A stretch of DNA of 17,497 bases from a virus, in UHGV virus genome UHGV-0117027. One strand, 5' to 3'. Numbering within the stretch: the first letter of the stretch is position 1; every line of letters begins with the position of its first letter. A program made the translations under genes and the position numbers. Below are positions 15,385 to 17,497 of the stretch, one piece after another. Under the pieces are notes generated by a model. It saw only the letters and a list, made by a program, of their open reading frames with translations. It had not been told where the DNA came from and searched no databases.

Positions 15385-15423
15385 TAAAATTACCAGGTTA
15401 ATTAACATAATGGAGTCATTGCG

Positions 15424-17220
15424 ATGATTTACACAACAGGCACGATAGCCGTTAGCGGAAAAACAGTTACCGGAACGGGGACTGAATTCAACGCCGCATT
15501 ATCTCTGATCAGAGTTGGGTGCACTCTTATTGCCATTAGCGATCCGGTGCAAATTTTTTCAATCACAGAGGTAAAAAGCGCAACAAGTTTGTCGGTAACT
15601 CCGGCGGCAAGTCCGGCTATTCCGGCTGGGACTAAATTTAGCATCCTGCTTTCAGATTCGATCTCTGTAGATGGTCTTGCTCAGGATGTTGCCGAAACAC
15701 TACGTTACTATCAGGGCAAGGAATCAGAAATAGCTGACGCCGTCGAATTTTTTAGCGACAACAAAGATGTGATTTCAGCCTCAAAATTAGCATCAGAATC
15801 AGCTACCACTGCAACCAACGCAGCAACAACAGCAACAAGCGCCGCCGATTCAGCTAAGGCATACAGAGACGAGGCCCACGAATACGCCAATCAGACGGCT
15901 CAGCCTTACGCGTATGTTTTGCAGCCGCTGCCGGATGTATGGATACCGTTTAACGATTCTCTCGATATGATTACTGGTTTTTCTCCTTCCTATAAAAAAA
16001 TTGTTATTGGTGACGATGAAATAACGATGCCTGGCGACAAGATTGTTAAGTTTAAACGTGCATCGAAAGCAACCTATATTAACAAATCTGGTGTGCTGAC
16101 AGAGGCTGCCATTGACGAGCCACGATTTGAACGTGATGGCCTGCTTATTGAGGGGCAAAGAACGAACTTCTTCCAGAACAGTGCAGACCCTTCGAAGTGG
16201 AATAAGTCAACTTCACTGGACGTTACAGAAACAGGCACAGATAGTTTCGGGTTTAATTATGGCCGGTTTGTCGTACAGGATTCGATTGTTGGTACAAGTA
16301 AAGCGCATACCATTATCGGACTGTATTCGAGTACCGGAGGGGTTGATACTTCAGGGGACGAAAAGTATGTAACTATATCCTGTCGGGTAAAAAGTGAAGT
16401 TGATAATATCGCCGTTCGTATTTTATTTGAACATTATGATGGGGAGGTAAGGACATCAATAGGAACAGCAAACCTTAACCTTACCACCCGCATAATTAGC
16501 AAGACAGGTCAGACAAGCCGTGTTACAGCAAGGTCTGTTAAGGATGATGCAACTGGCTGGATATTTTTTGAGGCTACATTAAAAGCAGATACAACAGAAA
16601 ATACGGTTGGTGGTTTTGTCCAGTATTCTCCAGATACAGGGCAGATGGTTGCATCAGGGGATTATCTCGATGTAACCACTCCACAGATTGAGGCTGGTAC
16701 AGGCGCATCATCTTTTATTGTTACGGGGACGGCGGCGGCAACGCGTGCAAGTGACATAGCCACGGCCCCGATAAAGAACAACCTTTATAATGCACCATTC
16801 ACTATTCTTTGCGAGGTACATAAAAATTGGGAAAAAACGCCGAGTTCAGCGCCGCGTGTTTTTGACACAGGCGGCCATCAGACTGGCGCGGCTATAATTC
16901 TTGCTTTTGGGTCGTCGACAGAATACGACGGATTTCCTTATTGCGATATTGGAGGAGCAAACAGGCGCGTTAACGAAAACGCATCAATGCAAAAAATGAT
17001 TATCGGCATGAGGGTTAAAAGCACCTATGATGCATGTTGTGTCAGTAACGGACGCATATCAAGCGAAACAAAAACAACATGGAGATATATATCTAACGCA
17101 GCAATATTCCGTTTCGGCGGTCAAACAACATCAGGGGAGCGACATCTTTTTGGACACATTAGAAATTTCAGGGTATGGCACAAAGCATTAACCGATGCGC
17201 AATTGAGCGAGATTGTTTAA
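15424..17220 (+). CDS. side tail fibre protein with Ala/Thr-rich N-terminal region and LamG/ConA-like C-terminal domain (putative)
   Basis: 598 aa; GGAG SD 8 nt upstream; low-complexity SESATTATNAATTATSAADSAKAYRDEA typical of tail-fibre N-terminal regions; C-terminal ...RHLFGHIRNFRVWHKALTDAQLSEIV resembles the end of LamG-like jelly-roll domains. Confidence 0.8.
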   Translation: MIYTTGTIAVSGKTVTGTGTEFNAALSLIRVGCTLIAISDPVQIFSITEVKSATSLSVTPAASPAIPAGTKFSILLSDSISVDGLAQDVAETLRYYQGKESEIADAVEFFSDNKDVISASKLASESATTATNAATTATSAADSAKAYRDEAHEYANQTAQPYAYVLQPLPDVWIPFNDSLDMITGFSPSYKKIVIGDDEITMPGDKIVKFKRASKATYINKSGVLTEAAIDEPRFERDGLLIEGQRTNFFQNSADPSKWNKSTSLDVTETGTDSFGFNYGRFVVQDSIVGTSKAHTIIGLYSSTGGVDTSGDEKYVTISCRVKSEVDNIAVRILFEHYDGEVRTSIGTANLNLTTRIISKTGQTSRVTARSVKDDATGWIFFEATLKADTTENTVGGFVQYSPDTGQMVASGDYLDVTTPQIEAGTGASSFIVTGTAAATRASDIATAPIKNNLYNAPFTILCEVHKNWEKTPSSAPRVFDTGGHQTGAAIILAFGSSTEYDGFPYCDIGGANRRVNENASMQKMIIGMRVKSTYDACCVSNGRISSETKTTWRYISNAAIFRFGGQTTSGERHLFGHIRNFRVWHKALTDAQLSEIV

Positions 17221-17230
17221 GGTGGTGAAT

Positions 17231-17497
17231 ATGAAAGATGTTAGCTTGCAATTTACTGATAAACAGCAATACAACGATATTGTGATTAATAGCGGCTGGC
17301 TGGACGCCAACTGGTCAACCGTATTTGTTGATGAAATTGGTTTTGTGCCTGTATTCGATGATCCAGAAAGTGAGACACCTGTACTGATTGAGCAAAAGGG
17401 CTATTACGTCAACATGCGCATTACTGGCGACGATGTTGATTTGTCGCCGCTGGAAAAATTCATCATCACAGATCCCGGCGTCCGCGCATGGGCTTGA
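17231..17497 (+). CDS. small protein (88 aa) downstream of tail fibre, possible fibre assembly/accessory protein
   Basis: ATG 17231 with AGGTGGTG SD, 10 nt after the fibre stop; in-frame TGA at 17495-17497 ends the ORF exactly at the window edge. Function from position only. Confidence 0.45.
   Translation: MKDVSLQFTDKQQYNDIVINSGWLDANWSTVFVDEIGFVPVFDDPESETPVLIEQKGYYVNMRITGDDVDLSPLEKFIITDPGVRAWA

Noticed and set aside
15265-15408. Upstream extension of the lipoprotein ORF to the track start at 15408 (127 aa)
   Set aside because: The extension has no SD and would bury the signal peptide; the internal ATG at 15264 has a GGAGGA SD and yields a canonical N-terminal signal sequence.
15424-17220. 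Diversity-generating retroelement targeting the tail fibre
   Set aside because: No reverse transcriptase ORF and no template-repeat copy of the fibre 3' end anywhere in the window.
1-17497. tRNA or other structured RNA genes
   Set aside because: Intergenic regions are short and taken up by promoter-like sequence and terminator hairpins; I saw no cloverleaf-compatible region by eye, but could not run a tRNA scan.

Overview
This window is almost entirely a lambda-like siphovirus tail morphogenesis module (phage or prophage), read left to right on the + strand: three head-tail joining genes, major tail tube, tail assembly chaperone, tape measure, then clear homologues of lambda M, L, K, I and J (a 1350-aa central fibre with a repeated coiled-coil stalk), two small paralogous proteins, a side tail fibre and a small downstream ORF. 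The unusual part is that this normally contiguous operon is interrupted four times by minus-strand cassettes of small genes with strong ribosome-binding sites: a secreted protein plus a 29-aa ORF (2457-3056), a four-gene cassette between tape measure and M (5457-6305), a four-gene cassette between M and L (7057-7976), and a small lipoprotein next to the tail-fibre gene (15025-15264). Hairpin terminators that could act in both directions bound three of these cassettes, and every divergent intergenic region carries copies of a short element (core ACAAAATG / CATTTTGT), including an exact 15-mer shared upstream of the tape-measure and tail-fibre genes. The best candidates for an undescribed accessory system are the two four-gene cassettes; one protein (84 aa) has by-eye hallmarks of a RelE/YafQ-type toxin. 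All calls rest on reading the sequence and recalled family signatures; no database search, alignment or folding was run, so names beyond M/L/K/I/J and tape measure are provisional.
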